DNA of 64,000 bases, from NCBI GenBank assembly GCA_026770705.1, contig JANJGN010000034.1:5766001-5830000 (forward strand), in the 5' to 3' direction. A program made the position numbers and the translations under genes. Under the pieces are notes generated by a model. It made no database searches, had not been told where the DNA came from, and was given only the letters and a program-made list of their open reading frames with translations. Every line of letters begins with the position of its first letter. The first letter of the stretch is position 1. This stretch comes from Isurus oxyrinchus (lineage: Eukaryota). Positions 51,236 to 62,869 of the stretch are shown one piece after another.

Positions 51236-54200
51236 TAGCTAAAATTTAAAATGACCTCTTAACGCCGATGCTTTCCAGTGATCATCTGAGGGGTCACCTG
51301 ACACAGTCAAAACGAAAGGCGTTCCTTTAAAAAGCTGGCCGTTACTTTGTTCCAGATGCCCACAAATTTCTGGATTGGACAGCCAGCCCCCCAGCATTCT
51401 GTGGGCAGATTAGCTGTCTTCAATCTGACTTTGCCGCTAATTCACAGGAATTAGTGAATTAACCGGAATGCTTTCACGGCGGACTGGAAGCCGGAATGCC
51501 ACCGGCAACCGGCTGTGAAAACCGTTATCTGCGAGCACTTGTATTGTTCATCTCTTGGAATCCTGGTGGTCAGTGATTTCAGACAGTGGTCAGGAAAGCA
51601 GGGCCGATGTGAAGCAATTTGCGTGAGCCATCTGTAAAGCCAAAAAACTAAAGATCGGTATGAACAGTGTAATCCTGCTGAGGAAACATATGATTTTATC
51701 GCAAGAGTTCACAACCCCATATCGCGGATTATTAGTATGGCCTTGAACCATGGAATCATCTTGGAAGCGACGCTCTCACAAGCAGTAAACAAAACAAATT
51801 GAACATTTGTGGCTGAGATAATAGTACTGGTGGAGCAGAGATGAGACAAACCCTCCTACCAGAGGGTAGGAAATGACAATTTGCTGCGAGATGAATAGGG
51901 GTAGAATTACAGGAATCAAAATAGCTCTTGGAACGACTTTGCACATTGGCCGAGAACGCATATGCTGACGAAATGTCCTCCGAATTTTTGCTCTTTCAAA
52001 AATTTGAGGTTTTCGTCATACTTGCTACTGAACATCACTTCACATTGTTTTCCTTTAGCATTGCTTTACACATTTCTTATTTTTGTCGCCTTTGAGGAAG
52101 AGTGTGGTCATAGTGCAAGGGTTCCCGAGGTCACCATCAGCCTCTTAAGTCAAATCGTGACTGATGCTTCCAAGCCTAAAACTTCTTAGCATGTGACTTG
52201 CATTCGGAGCACCAGGCTTGCATGTAGCAACGCTAATCCTTGGAAATATTACACTTATTCACAGGTAATGTTAATTTTATTCTAATTGTTACGGTATATG
52301 TTAGTAACATTTTTTCCATCAATGCCTTATTTTCGGGCCAATTCGGCTGTGTAGGTTATTCGTCGCCAAGGAATCATACCAATGTTTGGGGCTCAGATGG
52401 GCATCTCTAAATGTTAGGTTGTGAAACCGCCTCACTGAAATTTTACAGAATTCAAGCAAACGAGATTCGGATTCAGCGTTCTTGTTTTCATAGTGGAATC
52501 AGCAAGAATATGTTTCATTTGCAGACCTTATTGCATCCAACGAATTTCTCCAGATGCTTTATACTAGTTGATGAAAATGACTTTGAATGTTTTAGCAAAT
52601 ACATTGGGTGTTGATCAGACATCAGGATTTATTAAGGCAGATTTTTTTTTTGCAGATTTGTCTCATTATCTAATGCTTAATGTGCAAACATGGGTTATTG
52701 CTCATTCTAAAGGGAACAAACAATCCTTGAATATGATAAAGCAAGACGACAAAGAAATATAAAGTAGAAGGGAAGAGATTGGATCTGATTTAAAAAGTGA
52801 AAAAAAGGCAGTGGGCAATAATAAGTAGGGCATGTTATAACGTCGCAAACATTGTGGGGAAAAAACGGATAATTGGAAATAATAATTCGCTAATTAGTGC
52901 ACGTTCATTCAGGGCAAAAAGCTGGATTGCCAATAAACAACTCCTCATACTTTTCTGTTGACAAAACCAATGCTATTGCTAACTAGTTTTAGTGCAGGAG
53001 TAGATATTCACTTTTTGTAATCAGAAAAAAATTGTCACAATGCTAAAGAGACCTAAAGAAGATTGGAATATGTTTCCAAACATCTCCTTCATAAGTGCAC
53101 TCAGATGACTATATCATATTAAATATTATTCTTCTCGACGCTTTTAATTAGATGCAGAGGCCTACAGACAAAATATGACCTGAAATCTGCCAGAGGACAG
53201 GAAATGGTGCTTCATAGGTGGTTTAGATCCACGAATTTTGAATAAGCATTTTACGGTCAATTAGATAAGTGATTTTGTTTTGAAAGTACAAAAGTATTAC
53301 GATTAGTACTAGTAGTAGCCGTAGGATTAGTATTAGTATCAGTACTGATATGAGTAATAATCATAATAATATTGAGTAAACTCGCATCTTGAAGTGCATA
53401 AACTGCATAAAAAGCAGAGTAAGCCATTAATTGCAGGCGATTTCGAATTGTCTCATAGACATGATTGTAACAAAATCCCGTTTTGAAAGTCAGAAAATAG
53501 CTGAGACAAAAGGGTTTGCAGTGATAATCAACATCCTTCTACTGAGGAAGAGGACCACTCTCACGAGAAACTCGCTGCTCTAGTTTGTAAAGGTAGAGTA
53601 TAAGTTAAGTGAGAAGGTACCTACATTCTGTCCTTGTCTTTAAAAAAATGAAGAGATAATGCTGGAAGTTGAACCGCCAGATTGCAGCATTCCTATGCAA
53701 GCAAAGTTTCCCTCCAGAAAATAATGCCCTTTCGTGTAAAGCTCCTGATGAGTAAACAGTGCCTCCTTTGTGTCCTGATGAAATGAACCAGGTTTCTCGA
53801 AATTATAGAATTATTTTGATTAAGGATAAAGTGTCCCACTTTTTGTCCAATAACACAAGCAAAGTGAATTGGTAACCATAAATATAGAGAGGCACTCAAT
53901 GCTTTGGAACGGTGGTATGCCAGATAGTTTACTGAATGCAAATGTATGTGGACAGTGCTTTGATAAGGATCATTCATCTGTTCATTTTTTTGGTTTAATT
54001 AAATTGTGCCCTAATTGCAGATCTTATCACCTTTGGCATCGTTCATAATTTGTTGTATTATTACTTGAATTTTGCTTGCGAAAAAGCCTTAGCTGGGAAT
54101 TGTGATTTGAGCATCCCCAGTCGCTTCAGGGCAATTGCAATTGCTCATAGTCATGTTTTACAGGGAAAGCTGATTTGCTCGAAAGAAAACCTTTTGTGTA

Positions 54201-55017
54201 TGCAAACCTGCTACGAATATTGATATTTCAACGAAAGATCTATCAGAACAATTTGAAGCTCGACCTGCCCGTTGGAAGTGGCATTGGGGTATTAAGCCAA
54301 AGAGCAACAAATAACATCAGTTGAAAACATTGCAAAGCAGATTGAGTTAAAAGAAAATGAAGGGAAGGAATGGGTGGTGGGAGGTGGGAGGGAAGCAATA
54401 CGGGACTAAATGGAAAGCAATTAAACTCAAAGGCCGCGAGTAAAGATGAAAGATTTCTGTTTTGAAAAAAAAAAGAAAGTGGAGTTCAATTTTGAAATTG
54501 CAGTTTTGCTGGAAAAAAATGATCTTGAACGCAAAGTAATTCTTCAGAGAGAGGAAGAGGCAACAATTTCCGAAGCTGAGTGAGAATAAAAGCTCGTGCT
54601 TACTCAGATTACTAACAATAGAAATAAATTAATCAATTGTGTTGTTTAAAAGTTCTGAAAAAAATAAGTGATGATTCATTTGATAAGAAAATGAATGATT
54701 GTACAAAGCAGAGCAGATTCAAGCCCGTGTCTCCTATAAACAGATCGGGAAAGGGACGATCAAAGAAAGCACTTGCAGTTTTTTCTATGATCCTGAATTT
54801 AGCAATGATAAAGAGGCTTCACACAACGTGTGTTAAATAGGTTCTTTGGCTGGCTGTCTTTTTTTCAAAGCCTAGTACATTGAAATTGAAGATGGAGACT
54901 TGGAGTAAAAGGAGGATTACACATGAACAAATGATTTTAGAATCTGTTTTTTCTAAATTAAAAACACTGAGATGCACACAACAACCCTGATGACTGTGAA
55001 GTTGATACATGATTTGT

Positions 55018-55495
55018 CATGATGCTGCCTGGGATGGAAGGGTTCAGCTATGAGTAAACATTGGATAGGCGAGCTTCATTTTCCTTGCAGAACTGAAGGT
55101 TGTGAGGGGACCTGGTAGAGATGTATAGGGTTATGAGGTGCATCGATAGTGTGGATAGGAATGCAGTTTTTTTCCAATCGTTGAAGGGTTAATAAGCAGA
55201 GGGCATTGTTTAAATGTAAGATTTAGAAGGCAACGAGGGGAGTTGATGAGATTTTCCGTTCACCCAGAGGGTGGTGGGAGCCTGGGCCTCACTGCCTGAA
55301 TGGTGGCTGAGTCAGAAATTCTCGTAAGATTTTAGAACTATTTACGTAGTCACTTGCGTTGACATGGCCTACAGGGTTGTGGGCCGAATGCTAGAAAATT
55401 GGATTTGTGTCATCAGATCTTTGTTGACTGGTGCGGATACGATGGGCAGTATGGCCTCCTTCTGTGCTGTAAATATCTATGAGCCCATGGATCTA
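55018..55495 (+). mobile_element. CR1 3' fragment
   Basis: gatgctgcctgggatggaagggttcagctatgag...ttcacccagagggtggtg...ggcctccttctgtgctg. Confidence 0.8.
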
Positions 55496-55852
55496 TGTTC
55501 TCTTTCAAAGCAGAGCAGTGCAATTTGCAACACCGAGACAATAATTACTGGCATGATGGAGATTAATAATTGCGCCCCAGTTCATATCCACTTGTGTCCA
55601 GAAGACAGTTAGATGACCAGCCAACACGTGTGATAGAATAATTTTAAAGCATTTTTTGTGAGCCTGGGCTTAGCGTTAAACATTTCATTTCCGGTTTTTG
55701 ACACCAAACTTCTGAGGCATCAGCCTGCGATAGGTTCTCAGGGAGATGGACACAGATTGTGAAGAAAATAAAACAACGGGGGCATGATTTCAAACTGTGG
55801 TGAGAACTTGGCCTTTAGTGAGTTCAATAAGTTCTCAGAACAGGTAGATTCA

Positions 55853-56070
55853 AAACATTGCAGATACTGGAAGTATGAAATAAAAACAGAAAAAAGGGGG
55901 AAATACTCTGCAGGGCCAACGGCATCTGTGGAGAAAAAATGAGAGTTAATATTTTAGGTCCGCCAGCCCCTAAGAGTCATACGCAATCGAAACTTTACCG
56001 TTGTTTATTTTTTGTTCTTGCTGAAGATGCTGTAAGGTCTGCTGGGTTTTCACAGCATTTTGTGTTGTTC
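55853..56070. mobile_element. Fold-back (inverted dimer) Penelope pLTR-derived element
   Basis: Left arm is a minus-orientation pLTR end, right arm a plus-orientation pLTR end (gatgctgtaaggtctgctgggttttcacagcatttt). Confidence 0.5.
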
Positions 56071-56656
56071 CCTCAGAACAGGAATGTGGCTGTGAAGCAA
56101 GATGTTGTGAGGATGGAATCTGAAGAGCTCTCTGTGTGAACACTCCAGATGCGCTGAGGAGCAGGGCTTTTTTTTTTTTCTTTTACCAGAACAGTGTACT
56201 TGGGTGCACTACAGTGCCCGGGTGCCACCTGTTAAAAGTGCTGGAGGAGCGGCCATAAAAAGTTTGAATTTTCATTTATTGTACTTGCTATTTACAGTGT
56301 AATTTATATAATTTGCCTGTCAATTAACGTTTAATTTATAGTGGCTTTGCTTTGTTAATTACAGTAACATTTTGAAAAATGCATAATACTCTCAATTGAT
56401 TCATTTCTTTTGCACTGCTTGGGTTGTTCTTTCCTTTACACTAATAGACTCCAGCAGAATAGTAATGAAATTTCATTCAAACATGTGTGCAATTTAACCT
56501 TTAAATGTAACTCATTTTCTGCAAAATTACAAGGTGGGAATTCATCGTGTACTAAAACTATTATCAGCAAAGATCAATCATTTCTTACTCACGAATTTCT
56601 GAGGGTTGCAGTGACAGTCAGATGCTGGATATAATATTAATTCTTCTGTATTCCAG

Positions 56657-56692
56657 AACTCAATGAATGCAAAAAAGCTTTGAAGGATGCAG
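56657..56692 (+). CDS. 36-nt phase 1-1 micro-exon, (E)LNECKKALKDA
   Basis: Acceptor ttcttctgtattccag, donor gtacga; close paralog of the exon at 42263. Confidence 0.8.
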
Positions 56693-57180
56693 GTACGAAA
56701 ATTCGTCGAACAGTTTTTTAGAATTTCTACCCTCTAAAATCACATTTCTTCAATTGTCATGTTTTCCCTTTTCTTAGGGGAAAAAAAAGAATTGAACGAT
56801 GTCAGCTTTCAAATGTTGAGCAGAATTGTTAAGCCCATACTTTTTCAGATCCATGTTTTGTGGTGAAACTGGCATGAAAGTACAAGGTGTTTATCGAAAA
56901 AAAAGTAATTTCGAAGGGAAATAAAGATTTTTCAGCCTCGTACCAGCATTTTGTGATTGCTTGGTTTCTCAGAAAAGGTTCAATTAACAGAGGTTCTTTC
57001 ATTGAGTGCAGAAATGGCCAAGCAAGGGACATGAGAATGACAAGGGATATTTAGAGGGTGGGCTTAGACATGATTCCAGTTAAGAAGCACCAAATACTGA
57101 TATCAAAAACACGACGTCCACTAATGAATAAAGGAGGGAATTCAGGTGGATCAATAATTACCAGGGAACGGTTGTAATTT

Positions 57181-57836
57181 AAAAACAAAAAAACTGCGGA
57201 TTCTGGAAATACAAAACAAAAACAGAATTACATGGAAAAACTCAGCAGGTCTGGCAGCATCGGCAGAGAAGAAAAGAGTTGACGTTTCAAGTCCTCATGA
57301 CCATTCGACAGAACTTGATTTCGAGTCCAAGAAAGAGTTGAAATATAAGCTGGTTTAAGGTGTGTGTGTGGGGGGCGGAGAGATAGAGAGAGAGAGAGGT
57401 GGGTGGGGGGTATGGTTGTGTGGACAAACAAGCAGCGATAGAAGCAGATCATCAAAAGATTTCAACGACAATGGTACAATAGAACACATAGGTGTTAAAG
57501 TTAAAGTTGGTGATATTATCTAAACGAATGTGCTAATTAAGAATGGGTGGTAGGGCACTTAACTCTAGTGGAGGTGTTTTTTATATATATAATGGAAATA
57601 GGTGGGAAAAGGAAAATCTTTATAATTTATTGGGAAAAAAAGGAAGGGGGAAACAGAAAGGGGGTGGGAAATGGGGGAGGGAGCTCACGACCTAAAGTTG
57701 TTGAATTCAATATTCAGTCCGGAAGGCTGTAAGGCGCCTAGTCGGAAGATGAGGTGTTGTTCCTCCAATTTGCGTTGGGCTTCACTGGAACAATGCAGCA
57801 AGCCAAGGACAGACATGTGGGCAAGAGAGCAGGGTG
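57181..57836 (-). repeat. Inverted copy of PLE 3' end/pLTR
   Basis: Reverse complement of about 60959-61569, plus the extension seen at 58229-58279. Confidence 0.9.
57277..57315 (-). ncRNA. Variant minimal type I hammerhead ribozyme motif
   Basis: Reverse complement AGTT-CTGTCGA-ATGGTC-ATGAG-GACTT-GAAACGTC-AACT; core deviates from CUGAnGA. Confidence 0.5.
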
Positions 57837-57843
57837 AACCCTG

Positions 57844-58280
57844 AAACACCCCCACTAGAGCTATACCTTGACATCTCTACCATCCATTCTTAATTAGCAC
57901 ATTCGTTTAGATAATATCACCAACTTTAACTTTAACACCTATGTGTTCTACTGTACCATTGTCATTGACATCTTTTGATGATCTGCTTCTATCACTGCTT
58001 GTTTGTCCACACAACCACACCCCCCCACACACCTCTCTCTCTCTCTATCTCTCCGCCTCCCCCACCCCCCCCCCCCCCCCCCACCCCACACACACACACC
58101 TTAAACCAGCTTTTATTTCAAGTCTTTCTTGGACTCGAAATCAAGTTCTGTCGAAGGGTTATGAGGACTCGAAACATCAACTCCTTTCTTCTCTGCCGAT
58201 GTTGCCAGACCTGCTGAGTTTTTCCAGGTTATTCTGCTTTTCTTTTGGATTTCCATCATCCGCAGTTTTTTTTGTTTTTA
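57844..58280 (+). repeat. 5' direct partial pLTR
   Basis: Near-identical to about 61213-61569 (aaacacccccactagagc...gctgagtttttccagg). Confidence 0.9.
58144..58182 (+). ncRNA. Variant minimal hammerhead motif (decayed)
   Basis: AGTT-CTGTCGA-AGGGTT-ATGAG-GACTC-GAAACATC-AACT. Confidence 0.45.
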
Positions 58281-58317
58281 TCTCTGTGTTTAATTGACTG
58301 CCACTGCTCTTCAAAAA

Positions 58318-61109
58318 ATGCCTACCTCCTTGAAGAAATTCTGTTCCCCTCTGCGACAAGATTTCCGTACGTCTCTGTTGCCTTGTTCACCTTCTTTGCT
58401 TTACATTTCCCTCCTGGTGTTTGACAAGGTGTTTACTAAATCCCGCTTTCACAGCCATTTCTCCTTTCTCAGTGACTGTTCCCGTCGCCGACATAGCTTG
58501 GATTTCAGCTGAAATTCCACCCCTCATGTTTCGAACCCACCCAGGATTACCGGTATCTCCGGGACATTAAACGTTTCTCGGACTGCTGTTCCGGTCACAT
58601 TCTGAAATCCACACTCAGTGCCATGCACCGCCAGATGAACACACCGGACTGCTGTTCCGGTCACATTCTGAAATCCACACTCAGTGCCATGCACCGCCAG
58701 ATGAACACACTCGACATCTCTCTCCAGCAGCACCGCCGTAGCCTTTTTCAAAGCTGCACGTGCCCCCAGTTTCATTTTATCCTTCGGGTCATCCGACGCC
58801 TCAACAAGAAACTTTTTCTCTTTCTCTCAACTGCTACGGAACGGAAGCTCCAACAACCCATCGACACCAAAACCAATCTAGGACCCTCCACCCCTGCCTG
58901 TCCCTCCATCCCCAACCTTTCTTCCAATACCAACCCCAGCCGTGTATTCACTATACCCCCTGACCTTCCCCTCTCCGACGCTGAACGTTCAGTGCTCAGC
59001 AAAGGACTTAGTTTCATACCCTTACGCCCTCACCTCAATGAATTTCGGGCTCGGCATGATACTGAACTCTTCTTCCGCCATCTTCGTCTCCGGGCTCACT
59101 TCTTTGGGCAGGAGTCCTCTCCCAGTTCAACGGATCCTTTTACCCATCTCCAATATTCTCGCTCCACCTGGACCCCTCCCTCTGGATTCTTACCTTCTCT
59201 CGATCTTTTCATTGAGAACTGTCGGTGCTCCTCTCACCCATTCTAACCTGTCTCTCTCTGAACTTACTGCACTCCATTCTCTCAGGTCCAACCCTGACAT
59301 TGTCATCAAACTCGCTGACAAGGGTCGTGCTGTTGTTCTTTGGCGCACGGACCTCTACCTCGCGGAGGTTGAGAGTCAACTCGCAGACACTTCCTCCTAC
59401 CTATCGCTGGACCATGACCCCACCACTGAACATCAAACCATTGTTTCCAGGACTGTCACTGACCTCGTCTCCTCTGGGGAACTCCCTCCCACAGCTTCCA
59501 TCCTGATAGTCGCCGAACCTCGGACGTCCCGCTTCTATGTCCTACCCAAAATCCACAAACAGAACTGCCTCGGTAGACTGATCGTCTCAGCTTGCTCCTG
59601 CCCCACAGAACTCATTTCTCATTATCCTGACTCCCTTCTCTCTCCCCTTGTCCAGTCCGTTCCCACCTACATCCTTGATTCCTCTGACACCTTACGTCAC
59701 ATCAACAATTTCCAGTTCCCTGGCCCCAACCGCTTCCTCTTCACCATGGACGTCCAATCCCTCTACACCTCCATCCCCCAGCAGGATGGTCTGAGGGCCC
59801 TTAGCTTCTTCATTGAACAGAGGCCCGAACAATCCCCATCCACTACTATTCTTCTCCGTCTGGTTGAACTTGTTCTCACGCTGAACAATTTCTCCTTCAC
59901 CTCCTCTCACTTCCTCCAAATGAAAGGTGTGGCTATGGGTACCCGCATGGGCCCCAGCTATGCCTGTCTCTTTATGGGGTATGTGGAACATTCCTTGTTG
60001 CAGTCCTACTCCGGCCCCCTTCCACAACTTTTTCTCCGGTACATCAATCAGTAATTCAGTGCTGCTTCATGCTCCCGTCGGGACTTGGAAAAATTTATTC
60101 ATTTTGCTTCCAGTCTCCACCCCTCCATCATTTTCACGTGGTCCATCTCTGACACTTCACTTCCCTTCCTGGACCTCTCTGTCTCAATCTCTGGTGATAG
60201 ACTGTCCACCAATATCCATTACAAACCCACCGACTCCCACAGCTACCTCGACTACAGCTCCTCAAACCCCGCTTCCTGTAAGGACTCCATCCCATTCTCC
60301 CAGTTCCTTCGCCTTCGTCGTATCTGTTCCGATGATGCTACCTTCAATAACATTTCCTCTGACATGTCCTGCTTCTTCCTTATCGGAGGATTTCCACCCA
60401 CGGTCCTTGACAGGGCCCTCAACCGTGTCGGGCCAATCTCCTGCGCATCCGCCCTCACGCCTTCTCCTCCCTCCCAGAAACATGATAGGGTCCCCCTTAT
60501 CCTCACTTATCACCCCACCAGCCTCCACATTCAAAGGATCATCCTCCGCCATTTCCGCCAACTCCAGCATGATGCCACCACTAAACACATCTTCCCATCA
60601 CCACCCCTGTCGGCATTCTTTAGGGATCGCTCGCTCCGGGACACCCTGGTCCACTCCTCCATCACCACCTACTCCTCAACCCCCTCCTATGGCACCACCC
60701 CATGCCCATGCAAAAGATGTAACACCTGCCACTTCACTTCCTCTGTCCTCACCGTCCAAGGGCCCAAGTACTCCTTTCAAGTGAAGCAGCATTTCACTTG
60801 CATTTCCCCCAACTTAGTCTACTGCATCCGTTGCTCCCAATGTGGTCTCCTCTACATTGGAGAGACCAAACGTAAACTGGGCGACCGCTTTGCAGAACAC
60901 CTGTGGTCTGTCCGCAAGAATGACCCAAACCTCCCTGTCGCTTGCCATTTTAACACTCCACCCTGCTCTCTTGCCCACATGTCTGTCCTTGGCTGCCGCA
61001 TTGTTCCAGTGAAGCCCAACGCAAATTGGAGGAACAACACCTCATCTTCCAACTAGGCACCTTACAGCCTTCCGGACTGAATATTGAATTCAACAACTTT
61101 AGTTTGTGA
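58318..61109 (+). pseudogene. PLE polyprotein (reverse transcriptase + GIY-YIG endonuclease), disrupted
   Basis: IKLADKG, YVLPKIHK, FTMDVQSLYTSIP, GVAMGTRMGPSYA; catalytic YIDD reads YINQ followed by a stop; VYCIRCSQCGLLYIGETKRKLGDRFAEH; frame breaks near 58490, 59225 and 60990. Confidence 0.93.
58579..58710 (+). repeat. Perfect 66-bp tandem duplication inside the PLE ORF
   Basis: cggactgctgtt...gatgaacacac occurs at 58579-58644 and 58645-58710. Confidence 0.95.
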
Positions 61110-61483
61110 TCTCCCTCCCCTATCCCCACCCCCTTTCTGTTTCCCCCTTCCTTTTTTCCAATAAATTATTAAGATTTTCCTTTTGCCACCTATTTCCATT
61201 ATTTATATAAAAAAACACCCCCACTAGAGCTATACCTTGAGAGCCCTACCATCCATTCTTAATTAGCACATTCGTTTAGATGATATCACCAAATTTAACT
61301 TTAACACCTATGTGTTCTATTGTACCATTGTCGTTGACATTTTTTGATGATCTGCTTCTATCACTGCTTGTTTGTCCACACAACCACACCCCCCACCCAC
61401 CTCTCTCTCTCTCTATCTCTCCGCCCCCCACACACACACCTTAAACCAGCTTATATTTCAACTCTTTCTTGGACTCGAAATCA

Positions 61484-61522
61484 AGTTCTGTCGAAGGGTC
61501 ATGAGGACTCGAAACGTGAACT
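61484..61522 (+). ncRNA. Variant minimal hammerhead motif (cleavage triplet GUG, likely inactive)
   Basis: AGTT-CTGTCGA-AGGGTC-ATGAG-GACTC-GAAACGTG-AACT. Confidence 0.45.
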
Positions 61523-62392
61523 CTTTTCTTCTCTGCCAATGCTGCCAGACCTGCTGAGTTTTTCCAGGTAACGGTTGTAATTTGATTAACTTTCCCAGGG
61601 GTTGCCATTGGGAAATATACCTGTATGCATTTAACTGTCTTGGACGAGCAGAGATAGAAGAGCTGTAGAGTACATGCAAACAAATGTGGCGCGTAACATC
61701 TAATTAAGGGTATATTTGGTTGCAATTCGGCCTTGCCTGCCCCATGAAGTGAACGAAAAGGGGAATTGTCTGGACAGGCAAGTCGACATCGCCTTTTTTA
61801 CTGTTGGTTTCTCAAGGAGGATTTTCTTGAGGTGCCCAAGAATGAAATGCTAAATTCCTGTATAGCAGTGTGCAATGTATATAGAACAAACGATTCTATG
61901 GGTTATTTATATTTCTATTGTATTAAAAATCATTGATTTATTTTATAATTTATTTACGAGATTACGCTTCTCCCTGCTTTCACATCATTTTACTTTCCGT
62001 TCGGAAATCCGCTTGGGAAATTGGTTGTGAGCCTCATTCCTGAACGTAGCGAGGTGGTTAGTTTGCTGGGCGCAAGGAACAGCGATAAATCAACCATTGT
62101 TGTTAGTATTTATCGTATTTTTAAAGAGATATTTAAATACTTTATTAAAAGTGTGAGTTCAACTTGAACTCACATCTCCGCATCACCAGCACAGACAGCT
62201 GGATTATACCGCAGTAACAGTATTGGAGATGCAAGAACATCTGATTGCTTGTGGATGGTTGATCATTTAATAAAGCACCATGAATATACCCAACGAGGAT
62301 TGGCCATTCTACTTGTGTTGTGTAAGAGCGTATAAGTGAAATACACGTTGGTTTACCTGTTTGTTTTTAAGTGATGTTTGTCTTCTCAGCAG

Positions 62393-62419
62393 ATGATAAG
62401 CTGAAAACAAACGAAGAAG
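62393..62419 (+). pseudogene. 27-nt class exon with lost donor (GT>TT), (D)DKLKTNEE
   Basis: Acceptor tgtcttctcagcag; matches the x-x-K-L-K-x-x-E-E consensus; followed by ttataa. Confidence 0.6.
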
Positions 62420-62869
62420 TTATAATATCATTCTTTGAATGACATGTTAACCCAAATTGTGTGCAAATGTTATTGGCTGATAGCATGGAACAGGCCGAGT
62501 CGCCAGGTAGCAGTGCCCATCTCAGTCCAGGGGTTTTGAAAGTAAACTGAATCAAAACAAAGCCAGAGCACCACTGCAGTAGCATTGTTAGTGCAGGCGA
62601 TGCAGTTTCTGATGAGGTGCAAAATCGTACCTATTCTATCAGATAACAATTAAAGATCACACGCCCATCACCGTGTCACCCAGCTGACTGGAGCTCCTCA
62701 ACTACCATTGCAAAATTCTGTTGAAAATACCTTTGAATAGGTATCACATTGTACCCAAATAAATATGTACAGTGAATTTGAAGTCATTAGAAAATGCATA
62801 CGATGGATTTTCAGATTACTGCAAGGCAGATTGCAAGAGTAAAAGTTAACGTCTGTTATTGAGTGTTGC

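Larger units (their letters stand above)
57181..61569 (+). mobile_element. Penelope-like retroelement: inverted pLTR + partial direct pLTR + RT/GIY-YIG ORF + pLTR
   Basis: RT and GIY-YIG motifs; repeated pLTRs; 14-bp direct repeat aacggttgtaattt at 57167-57180 and 61570-61583. Confidence 0.93.

Noticed and set aside
53152-53187. Possible 36-nt class remnant (D)AEAYRQNMT*
   Set aside because: In-frame stop, no donor and marginal similarity.
56778-56804. Possible extra 27-nt exon (G)EKKELNDV after ttcttag
   Set aside because: About 16/27 identity to the exon at 49956, largely from an A run; Leu4 is missing, the donor is gctttc, and it lies only 85 nt from the previous exon. Not excluded.
59692-60784. 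Long overlapping and antisense ORFs within the PLE, and similar ones within the Harbinger
   Set aside because: Shadow frames of C-rich transposon coding sequence.
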